Origin: Candidatus Aenigmatarchaeota archaeon
GTDB taxonomy: Archaea > Aenigmatarchaeota > Aenigmatarchaeia > JACPZZ01
Length of the DNA stretch: 64,000 nucleotides
Direction of reading: 5' to 3'
Assembly (NCBI GenBank): GCA_016202815.1
Contig: JACQNZ010000007.1
Span: forward strand, 20,704 to 84,703
Below, piece after piece: positions 1 to 10,087 of this stretch; position 1 is the stretch's first letter, and every line of letters begins with the position of its first letter. The notes below the pieces were generated by a model, which saw only the letters and a program-made list of their open reading frames with translations, ran no database searches and was not told where the DNA came from. Both the position numbers and the translations under genes were made by a program.

Positions 1-3000
1 GGAAACATACCCGAACGCTACTAATGTTACTGGTTTTGTCAGGCTTGGGGATGCTGTCAATGGAATCGAGTTAACGCGCAACGGTTCGTATGTCGCTTAC
101 ACCAACGACTCCTCTCTTGTGGGCTGGTGGCATTTTGACAATAATACGAATGACTTTTCCGGATGGAACAACGCGGGAACGATGACTGGCGCGAATGCGA
201 CGTATACGACCGGTAAATTGAGAGGGGCGCTGCAGTTTGACGGGACGGATGATTTTGTGACTGTGGCTGACAGCGACAAATTCACACCCACATCGAACGG
301 GTTCACTGTGTCGGCATGGATAAACCTTGCCGGCGTGCAAGCGTCATCCGGACAAATCAGGATACCAATAATGAGCAAAACACCCCCATTCAGCGGAAGC
401 AGTGGTTGGGAGTGGCTTCTCAAAGCATCCAATAACACTGTGCTAAGCAATAAAAACGTAACATGGAGTTTCATTTTATCCAATACATTGGGCACGCCGC
501 TTTCAAACGCAACTGACACCGAGAACGTGACCTTAGGCCAATGGTACCATGTGGCTGGTGCAATGAACTCATCCGGTGTTGCACTCCTATATGTTAACGG
601 TATTTTAAAAGGAACTGGGGTAAATACATCAGCTCCCCTGCCCATAAACACAGCAAGCGATGTGCATATAGGATACGAACGGGGGAGCAATGTAAACTGG
701 TATTCGAATAGCGCTATAGACGAAGTAAAAATTTACAACCGCACATTATCCGCTGGTGAAATACAATTAGAATACCAGCGCGGCATCGGACAGCATTACG
801 AGTTATCCGCGGCTGGAATCTACCAATACAACGCGACGTACCAGGAATCGCAGAACTATACGGCGTGGAATGTTTCGAAGATATTATCCGTTACAAGAGG
901 GGTTTCGAATATCACTGTGACGTTTAACACGTCTTCCGGTTTCGCTTACGGCGACCCGCTTGCGGTCTGGGCTAACATAACCGCGCTATTGGGCGACCAG
1001 TCGGCTACAGTTGTTTTGTTAAGAAACAGCACGGAAGTGTCGCGCGCTATCGGAAACGCCTCGTCAAACATAACTTTACCGGCCGGAATTTACAATTTCT
1101 CGGCATATTATTCGGAATCGCAGAACTGGACGAACGGGAGCGCGACAAATTCATACTTTACGATACAAAAAGCGACGCCGATTTTGGGAATACAGACGAA
1201 CAATTCGTTCCAAGCTGCGTCCGGACTGGTTGGTTACTGGTCTTTCGACGAGAATACGACGTTGAGCGCGAGAGACCAGTCCGGCTTCGGCAACGACGCG
1301 ACGTGGACCGGCGCGAATAATGTAACGCACAATATGACCGGACGATTCGGGAATGCGTTAACGTTTGACGGCGCGGACGATTACGCTACAATTTCCGCAA
1401 CCAACAATCCACTGAACATAACAGGCAACCAGATTACAATAACGGCGTGGTTCTATGTTAATTTGTACAAAGGGTGCGGGCAAGGCGGCGTGGCGAGAAC
1501 CACAAGCGTTTCGCCGTACGGAGGTTATATGCTGACGCCGTGCAACAGCGGAGGCGATTATTTCTCGTTCAACGCAGCAAACTCAACTACATGGAACGGC
1601 GTATTAAGGGCGGGCGGCGTTGTAACGAACAGATGGTATCACGTGGCTGGAACATACAACGGCACGACGCTCGGAATTTACATTGACGGCGTTCTGATAA
1701 ACTCAACCGGACATGCTGGAAACATCCGCGACAACGAAGGTCCGTTGTTGATAGGCACAAATCTCAACAATCACTTTAACGGCTCGATAGACGAAGTCCG
1801 CATCTACAACTATTCAATGTCCGCGCAGGAGATAAACGACTCGGCGCGCGGCGTCTGGAATGATTTGCCGGAAACATACCCGAATGCGACGAATGTTACG
1901 GGATTTGTCAGGCTGGGAGATTCCGTGAATGGAATCGAGTTAACGCGCAACGGTTCGTATGTCGCTTACACGAACGACTCTTCGCTCGTGGGCTGGTGGC
2001 ATTTTGACAATAATACGAATGATTTCTCGGGGCGGAACAACAACGGCGTAATGGGCGGTGTTAACGCGACGTATGCGCAAGGCAGGCTTAGAAACGCTTT
2101 GCAATTTGACGGGACGGATGACTTCGTAAATACTGGAATAACAACCATCCAGCGTAACTTCACGGTATCCGCATGGATAAAGGTCAAAGCGTCGCCGGGA
2201 ACCGACCAGCAGGCGATAGTCAGCAAGCGCAGTTATTATGCGACCGCTGAAACAGATTTCCCGTTTGAAGTGTATGCGGGCAAACAAGCCAACAGCATTT
2301 CGGTTGTACTGGACAGCGGAAACGATTTCAGTTCCGACCTGCAAGGCACGGTGTCCGGCTTAACGCCAGAAAAATGGTACTTCGTTGCAGTTACTTACAA
2401 CAGGAGCGTCCTGTCCGTGTACATCAATGACACGCTTGCAAACTATAGCATAGGATCTGTGACATTGTCTTCCAATTCCAGGCCTTATGTCATAGGCAGG
2501 GCATCGTTCGAAGGCGTTGGGCAGGAAAGGACCACAGGCTGCAACTGCACAATAGACGAAGTGAAGATATACAACCGGTCCTTGCCTATGTCCGAGATAG
2601 CGGAAGAATACAGGAGAGGAATAGGCGAGCATGACGAACTATCCGCAGCCGGAATTTACCAGTACAACGTGACGTACCAGGAGTCGCAGAACTATACGGC
2701 GTACAATGTTTCGAAGATATTAAACGTACCACAGGGATCGCTTTCGTTCAATTTGTATCTAAACGGGACGGAAGGTTCTGTTACATACACATATCCGAAC
2801 GCCTCCAATGCGACGCTCACAATTTCCCCGAGGTTCAACGAAGAGGGCGCGTTTTCACTGCTAAGGAACGGTACTCCGACGGGATCAGGAGGAAACAATA
2901 ACAGGACAGAGGGGATGCTGTTCGGCGCAGGGATTTACAATTACTCGGCGAATGCGAGCGGGTTCGCGAACTATTCCATAACCGATATACTGAGCGGAAG

Positions 3001-6000
3001 GATACTTACGATAACAAGAGGCGATCCCAACATCGCGCTGTTCCTTAACGGGTCGCAGGCCGATATTACAAGTTATGTCTACGGCAACCCGACCAACGCA
3101 ACGGCATACAGGACATCGATATTGTACAACAACGAAGGCACACTGCAGCTTTGGCGCAACGGCACGTCGCTAGGAACAGGAGGGCCGGGCAACGTTTCTG
3201 AAAATGCAATATTGCCGGCAGGCCCGAACAACTATTCTGCGATATTGCTGAATATAGCGAATTACACCTATTCCAACGTTTCATACACGATGTTCGTACA
3301 GAAAGCGACGCCGATACTCGGCATTGCGACGAACAATTCCAACGCAACCACTGGGATGTCGGGTTCTGTCCTGTATCTGTCGTTTGACGAGAATATTACA
3401 GGAATTTCCTACGACTCGTCAGGGTTTGGCAACGACGCGACGTGGACTGGCGGGGCGAATAATGTAACGCGCAATTTGACTGGAAAGTTCGGCAGCGCGC
3501 TGACGTTTGACGGGACGAATGATTATGCTGGAATTCCAAATTCGCCGAGCCTTAATTTAACTAAGTTCACACTGTCAGCATGGGTCCAGACCAGCATGCT
3601 AAGCCCCGCAGGCGCCAAAGTAATTTTCTGGAAAGGCAATGCCGGCGGAAGTGATGCAACCTCCCCGTATACGCTTTCTTTCAGGACTGACAACAAGCTG
3701 CTATTAATGGTGGGTGACAATTCGGACAGCAACAAGTTAATATCGGATACTGCCCTGTCGGCAAGCACGTGGTACCACATTGCGGCGACTGCTGACGGAA
3801 CTACTTTAAAACTTTACATAAACGGCGTCCAGGACAACAGCACGGCACAAACTGCCACACCTTATGCAAGCCCATTCCCCGTGCTTATCGGGGGCCTTGC
3901 AGGAAATTCAAACTTCTTTAACGGCTCTATCGACGAAGTCCGCATTTACAACTATTCGATGAGCGCACAAGAAATAAATGATTCAGCGCGCGGAGTGTTC
4001 AAGGACATACCGCTGATTTATCATGCGCCTGTGAATACGACCGGATTTTTGAGGCTCGGGGATGCGGTTAACGGGATTTACGTTGAAAGGAACGGCACGC
4101 CTGTTGCATATACCAACGACAGCGCGCTTGTAGGATGGTGGCATTTTGACAATAATACGAATGACTTTTCCGGATGGAACAACGCAGGGACGATGACTGG
4201 CGCGAATGCAACGTATACGACCGGAAAATTAAGGAATGCCTTGCAGTTTGACGGGACGGATGATTATATGGTCGTCGCAAATGCCGACAGCGTAAGGTTC
4301 CTCACCAACTTCAGCATTTCCATGTGGTTCAACGCCAACAACGCAACCAACGGCGGGCTGATCTCGAAACAACACACCACATCAGGCAACAGGACCTATC
4401 AGATACAATTCATTTCTTCCGGAAAGCTCAGGTTCACGATGACCTATAACTGCGTTACCGACGGAAGTTCGTGTACGTTTGCAAACCTCGACTCCTCCAC
4501 CACCTTGCAGGCGAATACCATGTACTTTGCGACTGCCGTGAAAAACGCGACAGGCATGACGCTTTACCTGAACGGGCAGTATGAAGGCTCGTTGTCGTTC
4601 CCGTATCAGGTTACATTCAACGACAAACCGATGTTTATCGGAGATGCGTTTACAACATCACACACCTTTTTCAACGGCTCAATCGACGAAGTGAAGATAT
4701 ACAATAGAACATTATCCGCTGGTGAAATACAATTAGAATACCAGCGCGGCGTCGGTATGCACGATGAGTTAAGCGCTGCCGGAATTTACGAATACAACGT
4801 GACGTACCAGCCGACGCAGAACTACACCGGTTATAATGTCAGCAAGATATTGAACATCGAGAAATCGCAATCGGTTGCGACTTTGCATTTGAACGATACA
4901 AACGCGAACCGCGACTACAACCGCAGCGAGTGGATAAACGCGACCGGTTATTTGTCATCGCCGCTTGGGTTCTTTTCGTGGGAGACGAAGCTGTTGAATT
5001 TAACGTTCAACTACACGCAGACTTATTCGACAAACTACACAACCTTGGGGATAATCACGGGCGCGAACAACACGGTTTACAATATCACATTCAATGATGT
5101 TCCGGGCGCTTACAACTTTACGCTTTGGTTTGACGGAGACCAGAACTACTCCGCGTCGTCGGCTTCGCACATAGCATCGGTTTACGGCAATTTGTGGATT
5201 GGTTTAATCAATCCTTCGACGGTTTATTACACATACGGCCAGAACATTTCGCTGAACGTTACTGTGCGCGATTATCTGCGCGGCGACGAGATCGATGCTG
5301 TAAACGTTTCAATGAATCTGACAAGCTTATGGGCGAACAAGTTCAGGAATGTGCCTTATTATTCGCGAAATGTCAGCATGCTTAACATCAATGACGGCAA
5401 TTATTCAGGTTCGTATAACATCACGGACACACACGCAGGAAATTACAGCCTGAATTACACTGCGGCTCTTGCATTTTACCGCACTGGCCGCAACTTTACG
5501 ACCGTCTACGTGAATGAAAGCACGCTGGCGAACATATCGTCGCTGTTCGTCAATGTTACGACGAACGTAACGCAGAACCAGGGCGTTTTGATAAACGGCA
5601 CGGTTGCGCGGCTGGGCAACATTGAGATAAATGGAACATTGGACGTCACGATAAGGAATGTTGTGCAGGACAATGTTGGTTTAGTCGTGGCTAATGCCAG
5701 CGCGCTGGACAGCTACGAATACCTGTACAATGCGACATTGACGGACGCCGGTTATAATGTCACGCTCGTTGACGACGACACGGTGAACGCGAACACGTGG
5801 ACGCCGTCGCTTTACAATGTGATCGTTTGGGGCGAGGCGTCTTACGACAACTTCTTCATGCAGTACGTTGACAACAACATCTGGTCGCAAGTCACATCAG
5901 GCAAACCATTGGTCATGACGTATTACGGCATGATAAAAGGCGCCGTCGACCTGAATTTATCGAGCGGCTGGGGCGGGCGCTTCCAAAGGGACGTGAATGT

Positions 6001-8845
6001 GAAAACATCGCACGCGGTTACGGACAGTTATAACAATACAAATGTTTCTGACGTGCAGGACGTGACGTACAACTCGTTGTACCTGTTTGATTTCAAGGGG
6101 ACGGAATTGGCTGACGACGGCACGGCTGGACGAACGATCATAGGCGTCAATTCGACGAACAGCGGACGGGTCGTTGTTTATGGTCCTTACCGCGCAACGT
6201 ACTGGACAACAGAGGCGAAGGATATGTTCTTGCGCAGCGTTTATTGGGCGATTTACGGCGCGGCGCAGACAACATACCCGCAAACGCAGAACGTCACTGT
6301 GCCGTACACGTTCGAGGACCATTTCAACGAATCCGACGGCACAGCCGAAGGCTGGAACGCGACCATTGGATCGTGGATAGTACAAAATGGGGTCTACATA
6401 CAGACAGCGAACGCGTCCACAGACACGTCAACGATAACCAAGCTGAAGAACAATTCCTACTGGAACGATTACACGGTTTCGCTGCGGTTCAGCATGCTCG
6501 GCGGCGTGGCGAATAACACGCAAATCTACTTCCGCTATGAAAACTCCACTCGTTATTACGTGTTAAACATCTCATCGAACGGAGAATTTGCGATTTACAA
6601 GAACAACCGCACCGGAGCTGTTAATATTACGGACAACTCTGCGGGCATGATAGCCATTTCGCAGGACACGTGGTATACGTTAAACATAACAGCGCGCGAA
6701 TACAGCCTTGACGCGGAGATAGGCGGGCTCGGGCGCATAAACGCGACGGAAATACACGACCCGATCACCGGAGGCACGGTTGCGCTCGGTGCGCATAAAT
6801 CCAGTTCGCGCTTCGATGATGTTACTGTTTATCACCATGACGGCGGATACAAAGGAGGCGCATATTACTTCAAGCGCGAATGGGGCGCCGGGCAGCAAAC
6901 TCCGGGCACGTACCGCGCGACAGCGACGTTTACGTATTACAACCACACCGGAAACAGGACAGTGTTAACGAGGAGCGTCGATTTCAACATTACGTCCAAC
7001 CTGACAGCGCAGATCAATGTGACATTGAACGCGACGCTGCTGTCGTTCAGGAACGTGCTTGCGATAAACGGAAACGTCACGGCAGGCGGCAATTTAGCTG
7101 TCACAGGAAACTTCACGCTATCCGTATGGAACAACACGCACGAGATAACGAACATACGCAACACGTCGGTGAGCGTGACGACCTCGTCGTTGTACACGAT
7201 AAGCGACACATGGGACACGCTGTACAACGCGTCGACCAACTATTCGGTGCGCGTGAATTACACGTGGGTTGGCGGGTCGGCGTACGAGAGGGCGAACTTC
7301 TCGATATCCTACAACGCTTCGGCGGATGTGAATGTTACATTAAACGCGCCGAAATACAATGCGTCAACGAACGTCACTGCGAACGTGACTGTGAGGAACC
7401 CGACGCAGTTAACGCTAACAACGTTAACGATTGCGTGCAGCGTGAGTGATTACAACGGCGTGTTAGTCGCATCAGCGACTTCGTCGCCGGACATAGGCAA
7501 CAGGACGATAGGGTCTATCAACGCCGGCTCCACAAAGGCAAACGCAACAGCGTGGAATGTAAGCGCCAACAACGCAGGGACATATTCGCTGCGCTGCAAT
7601 GTTTCGGATGCAAGCGGGCTTATAGGCTACGACGCAAAGACGTTTGACATTACGAGGATAAACGCGACGCTTTCAGTAGGCGCGAACAGGACATCCAACT
7701 ATACGGTCAACGACGCTGTCGGAATTTCGGGCACCATAACGTCTGTGGGCGGGATAAACGTGACAGGACGCCTTGTGGTCGAGGTTTACAACGCGTCGCA
7801 GAGGATAGAACAAACCTACTCACAGAACGTGATCACGGCCGGCGCCAATGCACTTAACGTAACGAACTTAAACCTGACGTTCCGCACGTACAAGAACTTC
7901 ACAGGCACGTACACACTGAACTCCACGTTCAACTATACCAATGAAACGGGTTCGCAAATCGTGCGCAGCGCGACAACCCAGTTTAACGTCAGCTCGAACA
8001 CGAACGCGACTATAACAGCATCTGCAAGCCAAGCGACGTACGGCACGGGCGACACAGCGACAATAACGACAACCGTGACGTCTACTGCGAACGAGGCTGT
8101 TACCAATGGAAACCTGACCGTATACATATTCAACTCGACCACGTTCACATCAACGTACAGGCATTACTGGAACTCGACGCTGTTAAACATAACTCCGGGC
8201 GGATCGGCGACGCAAAGCGACACAGTCAGCCTGTCGTCGTTCTTCGCAGGCACGCATTATATAGTTGCCAATTTCACATTCGGGTCGCAGAACGTCAATG
8301 TAACGAACACGTTCGCGATATCCGTGATCGTTCCGTCGACGAATCTAACGGTAAGGTTCTTCGTGGGCGACGACACGAACTACATGGTTTACACAACTAC
8401 GTCCGGCGAGATACCCGCGAACAAGACAAACGCGACATCTGAATGGACATCCCGCTGGATCGTGTCGTTCTTCAACGATTCTGTTATCGGATTATATGGC
8501 ACGGGCGGGGGCGTATCCGCCGGCGCGTCAAACACAACAGCCGAGCACAGGATAAACGTCAACGGGCTGATCAGGGAGAGCAGGATCTATGCAATTGTTA
8601 CGAAAGGCACGCGCGCCTCGTTCCAGAACCGGGCCGAACTGTTGGACCAAGGCACGTTCACGACGCAGGTCAACCCGTCCTTCGGATACCCGTTGCGCGA
8701 CAAGAACCTGCTTTCGCTGAAATTGAAATACACGGACATAGACGTGCAAGGCACGGACATATTGAAGAAAGGCACTTACAAGCTGCGCATAGAGAACAAT
8801 GGAACGTCGGGCGGAAAGACGCTGATAAGGATTACGACAATCTAG
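1..8845 (+). CDS. Giant secreted/surface protein with repeated LamG (concanavalin A-like) modules; 5' end lies upstream of the window
   Basis: Frame 2 is open from nt 2 (ETYPNATNVTGFVRLGDAVNGIELTRNGSYVAYTNDSSLVGWWHF), repeating the peptide encoded again at 1870-2010, so the Met at 119 is internal. At least five modules run WWHFDNNTNDFSG..LQFDGTDD..IDEV[KR]IYN. There is a sixth jelly-roll-like domain (about 6350-6840), plus Ig-like spacers (ELSAAGIYQYN.TYQESQNYT). N-x-S/T sequons are very dense. Stop at 8843-8845. Confidence 0.85.
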   Translation, partial: ETYPNATNVTGFVRLGDAVNGIELTRNGSYVAYTNDSSLVGWWHFDNNTNDFSGWNNAGTMTGANATYTTGKLRGALQFDGTDDFVTVADSDKFTPTSNGFTVSAWINLAGVQASSGQIRIPIMSKTPPFSGSSGWEWLLKASNNTVLSNKNVTWSFILSNTLGTPLSNATDTENVTLGQWYHVAGAMNSSGVALLYVNGILKGTGVNTSAPLPINTASDVHIGYERGSNVNWYSNSAIDEVKIYNRTLSAGEIQLEYQRGIGQHYELSAAGIYQYNATYQESQNYTAWNVSKILSVTRGVSNITVTFNTSSGFAYGDPLAVWANITALLGDQSATVVLLRNSTEVSRAIGNASSNITLPAGIYNFSAYYSESQNWTNGSATNSYFTIQKATPILGIQTNNSFQAASGLVGYWSFDENTTLSARDQSGFGNDATWTGANNVTHNMTGRFGNALTFDGADDYATISATNNPLNITGNQITITAWFYVNLYKGCGQGGVARTTSVSPYGGYMLTPCNSGGDYFSFNAANSTTWNGVLRAGGVVTNRWYHVAGTYNGTTLGIYIDGVLINSTGHAGNIRDNEGPLLIGTNLNNHFNGSIDEVRIYNYSMSAQEINDSARGVWNDLPETYPNATNVTGFVRLGDSVNGIELTRNGSYVAYTNDSSLVGWWHFDNNTNDFSGRNNNGVMGGVNATYAQGRLRNALQFDGTDDFVNTGITTIQRNFTVSAWIKVKASPGTDQQAIVSKRSYYATAETDFPFEVYAGKQANSISVVLDSGNDFSSDLQGTVSGLTPEKWYFVAVTYNRSVLSVYINDTLANYSIGSVTLSSNSRPYVIGRASFEGVGQERTTGCNCTIDEVKIYNRSLPMSEIAEEYRRGIGEHDELSAAGIYQYNVTYQESQNYTAYNVSKILNVPQGSLSFNLYLNGTEGSVTYTYPNASNATLTISPRFNEEGAFSLLRNGTPTGSGGNNNRTEGMLFGAGIYNYSANASGFANYSITDILSGRILTITRGDPNIALFLNGSQADITSYVYGNPTNATAYRTSILYNNEGTLQLWRNGTSLGTGGPGNVSENAILPAGPNNYSAILLNIANYTYSNVSYTMFVQKATPILGIATNNSNATTGMSGSVLYLSFDENITGISYDSSGFGNDATWTGGANNVTRNLTGKFGSALTFDGTNDYAGIPNSPSLNLTKFTLSAWVQTSMLSPAGAKVIFWKGNAGGSDATSPYTLSFRTDNKLLLMVGDNSDSNKLISDTALSASTWYHIAATADGTTLKLYINGVQDNSTAQTATPYASPFPVLIGGLAGNSNFFNGSIDEVRIYNYSMSAQEINDSARGVFKDIPLIYHAPVNTTGFLRLGDAVNGIYVERNGTPVAYTNDSALVGWWHFDNNTNDFSGWNNAGTMTGANATYTTGKLRNALQFDGTDDYMVVANADSVRFLTNFSISMWFNANNATNGGLISKQHTTSGNRTYQIQFISSGKLRFTMTYNCVTDGSSCTFANLDSSTTLQANTMYFATAVKNATGMTLYLNGQYEGSLSFPYQVTFNDKPMFIGDAFTTSHTFFNGSIDEVKIYNRTLSAGEIQLEYQRGVGMHDELSAAGIYEYNVTYQPTQNYTGYNVSKILNIEKSQSVATLHLNDTNANRDYNRSEWINATGYLSSPLGFFSWETKLLNLTFNYTQTYSTNYTTLGIITGANNTVYNITFNDVPGAYNFTLWFDGDQNYSASSASHIASVYGNLWIGLINPSTVYYTYGQNISLNVTVRDYLRGDEIDAVNVSMNLTSLWANKFRNVPYYSRNVSMLNINDGNYSGSYNITDTHAGNYSLNYTAALAFYRTGRNFTTVYVNESTLANISSLFVNVTTNVTQNQGVLINGTVARLGNIEINGTLDVTIRNVVQDNVGLVVANASALDSYEYLYNATLTDAGYNVTLVDDDTVNANTWTPSLYNVIVWGEASYDNFFMQYVDNNIWSQVTSGKPLVMTYYGMIKGAVDLNLSSGWGGRFQRDVNVKTSHAVTDSYNNTNVSDVQDVTYNSLYLFDFKGTELADDGTAGRTIIGVNSTNSGRVVVYGPYRATYWTTEAKDMFLRSVYWAIYGAAQTTYPQTQNVTVPYTFEDHFNESDGTAEGWNATIGSWIVQNGVYIQTANASTDTSTITKLKNNSYWNDYTVSLRFSMLGGVANNTQIYFRYENSTRYYVLNISSNGEFAIYKNNRTGAVNITDNSAGMIAISQDTWYTLNITAREYSLDAEIGGLGRINATEIHDPITGGTVALGAHKSSSRFDDVTVYHHDGGYKGGAYYFKREWGAGQQTPGTYRATATFTYYNHTGNRTVLTRSVDFNITSNLTAQINVTLNATLLSFRNVLAINGNVTAGGNLAVTGNFTLSVWNNTHEITNIRNTSVSVTTSSLYTISDTWDTLYNASTNYSVRVNYTWVGGSAYERANFSISYNASADVNVTLNAPKYNASTNVTANVTVRNPTQLTLTTLTIACSVSDYNGVLVASATSSPDIGNRTIGSINAGSTKANATAWNVSANNAGTYSLRCNVSDASGLIGYDAKTFDITRINATLSVGANRTSNYTVNDAVGISGTITSVGGINVTGRLVVEVYNASQRIEQTYSQNVITAGANALNVTNLNLTFRTYKNFTGTYTLNSTFNYTNETGSQIVRSATTQFNVSSNTNATITASASQATYGTGDTATITTTVTSTANEAVTNGNLTVYIFNSTTFTSTYRHYWNSTLLNITPGGSATQSDTVSLSSFFAGTHYIVANFTFGSQNVNVTNTFAISVIVPSTNLTVRFFVGDDTNYMVYTTTSGEIPANKTNATSEWTSRWIVSFFNDSVIGLYGTGGGVSAGASNTTAEHRINVNGLIRESRIYAIVTKGTRASFQNRAELLDQGTFTTQVNPSFGYPLRDKNLLSLKLKYTDIDVQGTDILKKGTYKLRIENNGTSGGKTLIRITTI

Positions 8846-8871
8846 GTGGTTAGAAACAGACGCAACAACTA

Positions 8872-8903
8872 GAAGCATACCGTATGCACTATCGGTATGC
8901 TTC
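8872..8903 (+). terminator. Perfect hairpin GAAGCATACCG-N10-CGGTATGCTTC, 27 nt after the giant ORF stop (copy A of a repeated palindromic element)
   Basis: The 11-bp arms at 8872-8882 and 8893-8903 are exact reverse complements. A third GAAGCAT follows at 8911-8917. A related hairpin lies at 36161-36192. Confidence 0.6.
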
Positions 8904-8937
8904 AGTTTACGAAGCATCTGTTTTAATTGGGATAAAG

Positions 8938-9150
8938 ATGGCGAAAAAAAGGAGATTCGAGGGCACGGAGGAAAGCATTTTGCAGAGCCTTCGCTCCGCG
9001 GCTGAATGGGGAATGACCATAGAGGAAGTTGCGGAGAAAAACAGGATTAACCGCGTTACGGCGTCGAAATACCTTGCGATACTAGAAGTGAAAGGCCTGG
9101 TCATCCTTCGCGTGGTGGGGCGGGCGAAACTGTACGCGCTGAAGAAGTGA
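8938..9150 (+). CDS. Small winged-helix DNA-binding protein (about 70 aa)
   Basis: MAKKRRFEGTEESILQSLRSAAEWGMTIEEVAEKNRINRVTASKYLAILEVKGLVILRVVGRAKLYALKK shows a helix-turn-helix-wing pattern. The ATG at 8938 is preferred over the upstream 8884 start, which would run through the hairpin. Confidence 0.55.
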   Translation: MAKKRRFEGTEESILQSLRSAAEWGMTIEEVAEKNRINRVTASKYLAILEVKGLVILRVVGRAKLYALKK

Positions 9151-9155
9151 CGCAG

Positions 9156-9572
9156 TCATATATTTTTCAAGTAATTTTTCAAAATATCGTCTTTCATTGC
9201 AAAGATTTTTGCAATAACCTCTTTTCCCTGTTCAAAATCTATCTTTTCCCCATAATAATTTATGCCGTTTCTGATCCATCTGAATCTGTCAAAGCTGTCA
9301 TAATCGAAATTCTTGACCACGCTGTCCAATAACTCGCCCACGCACATATGAGACAGAACTTTGTAGCCGTTCAAAACACAAAGCGCTTCCAACACCTCCC
9401 TCAAGGAATCATAAGCCAGAGAAACATAGACCGAAACGTCGGTTTTCGTGATATTGGCGGCCTTTACCACCGATCCCCTTGTATCCGACATCTCTATAAG
9501 AGATTTTACCAATTCTTTATTGACGATTGTTTTCTTGATGAACCCCTTTCTGAAACACTCGTTTAAATCCAT
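9156..9572 (-). CDS. HEPN-domain protein (toxin-like partner of the adjacent nucleotidyltransferase)
   Basis: A 138-aa helical protein with FRWIRNGINYYG (an R-N-x3-Y HEPN-type motif). It overlaps the upstream MNT gene by 10 nt, the typical HEPN/MNT pair layout. Confidence 0.6.
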   Translation of the reverse strand: MDLNECFRKGFIKKTIVNKELVKSLIEMSDTRGSVVKAANITKTDVSVYVSLAYDSLREVLEALCVLNGYKVLSHMCVGELLDSVVKNFDYDSFDRFRWIRNGINYYGEKIDFEQGKEVIAKIFAMKDDILKNYLKNI

Positions 9573-10087
9573 TTTATCCTTCCCTGAATTACTATGCCGT
9601 TTAAAACGCTATTGATCAGATGTCCGTTTCTCAGGTCCTTGATTTCATTGACCACAAAAACCTGTATCTCTCTTTTTATCTTCGCTTCGAAGATTTTAAG
9701 ATCCTTCAACTCTTTTGTTTTCTCCGATACCACCAATAAGTCAAAGTCGCTGGTTTCCGTATCCATGCCAAAAGCGGCAGAGCCGAAAAGAACTACCGCC
9801 GGCTTTAAATAAAAACTATTCAACGTCTCCAGAAGGCCGGACTCCCTTATCTTTCTTACGTTGTAAAAAACCTTGAGGTCTTTGTAAAGATCGTTTTCCA
9901 TATCCGCTCTGTACAGTGTCGCAGTGCGTTCTTTATGCCGTTTGAGGATACCGCTTTTCGCCAAATCCTTCAACTCCTTGCTTGCCGTGGCCGGGGAGAT
10001 GCCCTTAATCCTGGCTATTTCCCTTACGCCGAATTCACGGGTGGGCTCTTCGAAAAACGATTTCAATATGTTTAATTCTGTGAACAT
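9563..10087 (-). CDS. wHTH-fused minimal nucleotidyltransferase (MNT)
   Basis: The N-terminal wHTH is FGVREIARIKGISPATASKELKDLAKSGILKR. The nucleotidyltransferase signature is LFGSAAFGMDTETSDFDLLVV (G-S-x9-12-D-x-D). Confidence 0.8.
   Translation of the reverse strand: MFTELNILKSFFEEPTREFGVREIARIKGISPATASKELKDLAKSGILKRHKERTATLYRADMENDLYKDLKVFYNVRKIRESGLLETLNSFYLKPAVVLFGSAAFGMDTETSDFDLLVVSEKTKELKDLKIFEAKIKREIQVFVVNEIKDLRNGHLINSVLNGIVIQGRIKWI

Noticed and set aside
71-8917. Numerous 60-200-aa ORFs inside or antisense to the giant gene (for example 97-690, 1940-2344, 5957-6385, 6880-7449, 8443-8853)
   Set aside because: All are nested in the 8.8-kb LamG-repeat ORF. Their translations are Arg/Cys-rich or low in complexity. 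Several simply repeat because the underlying DNA is repeated.
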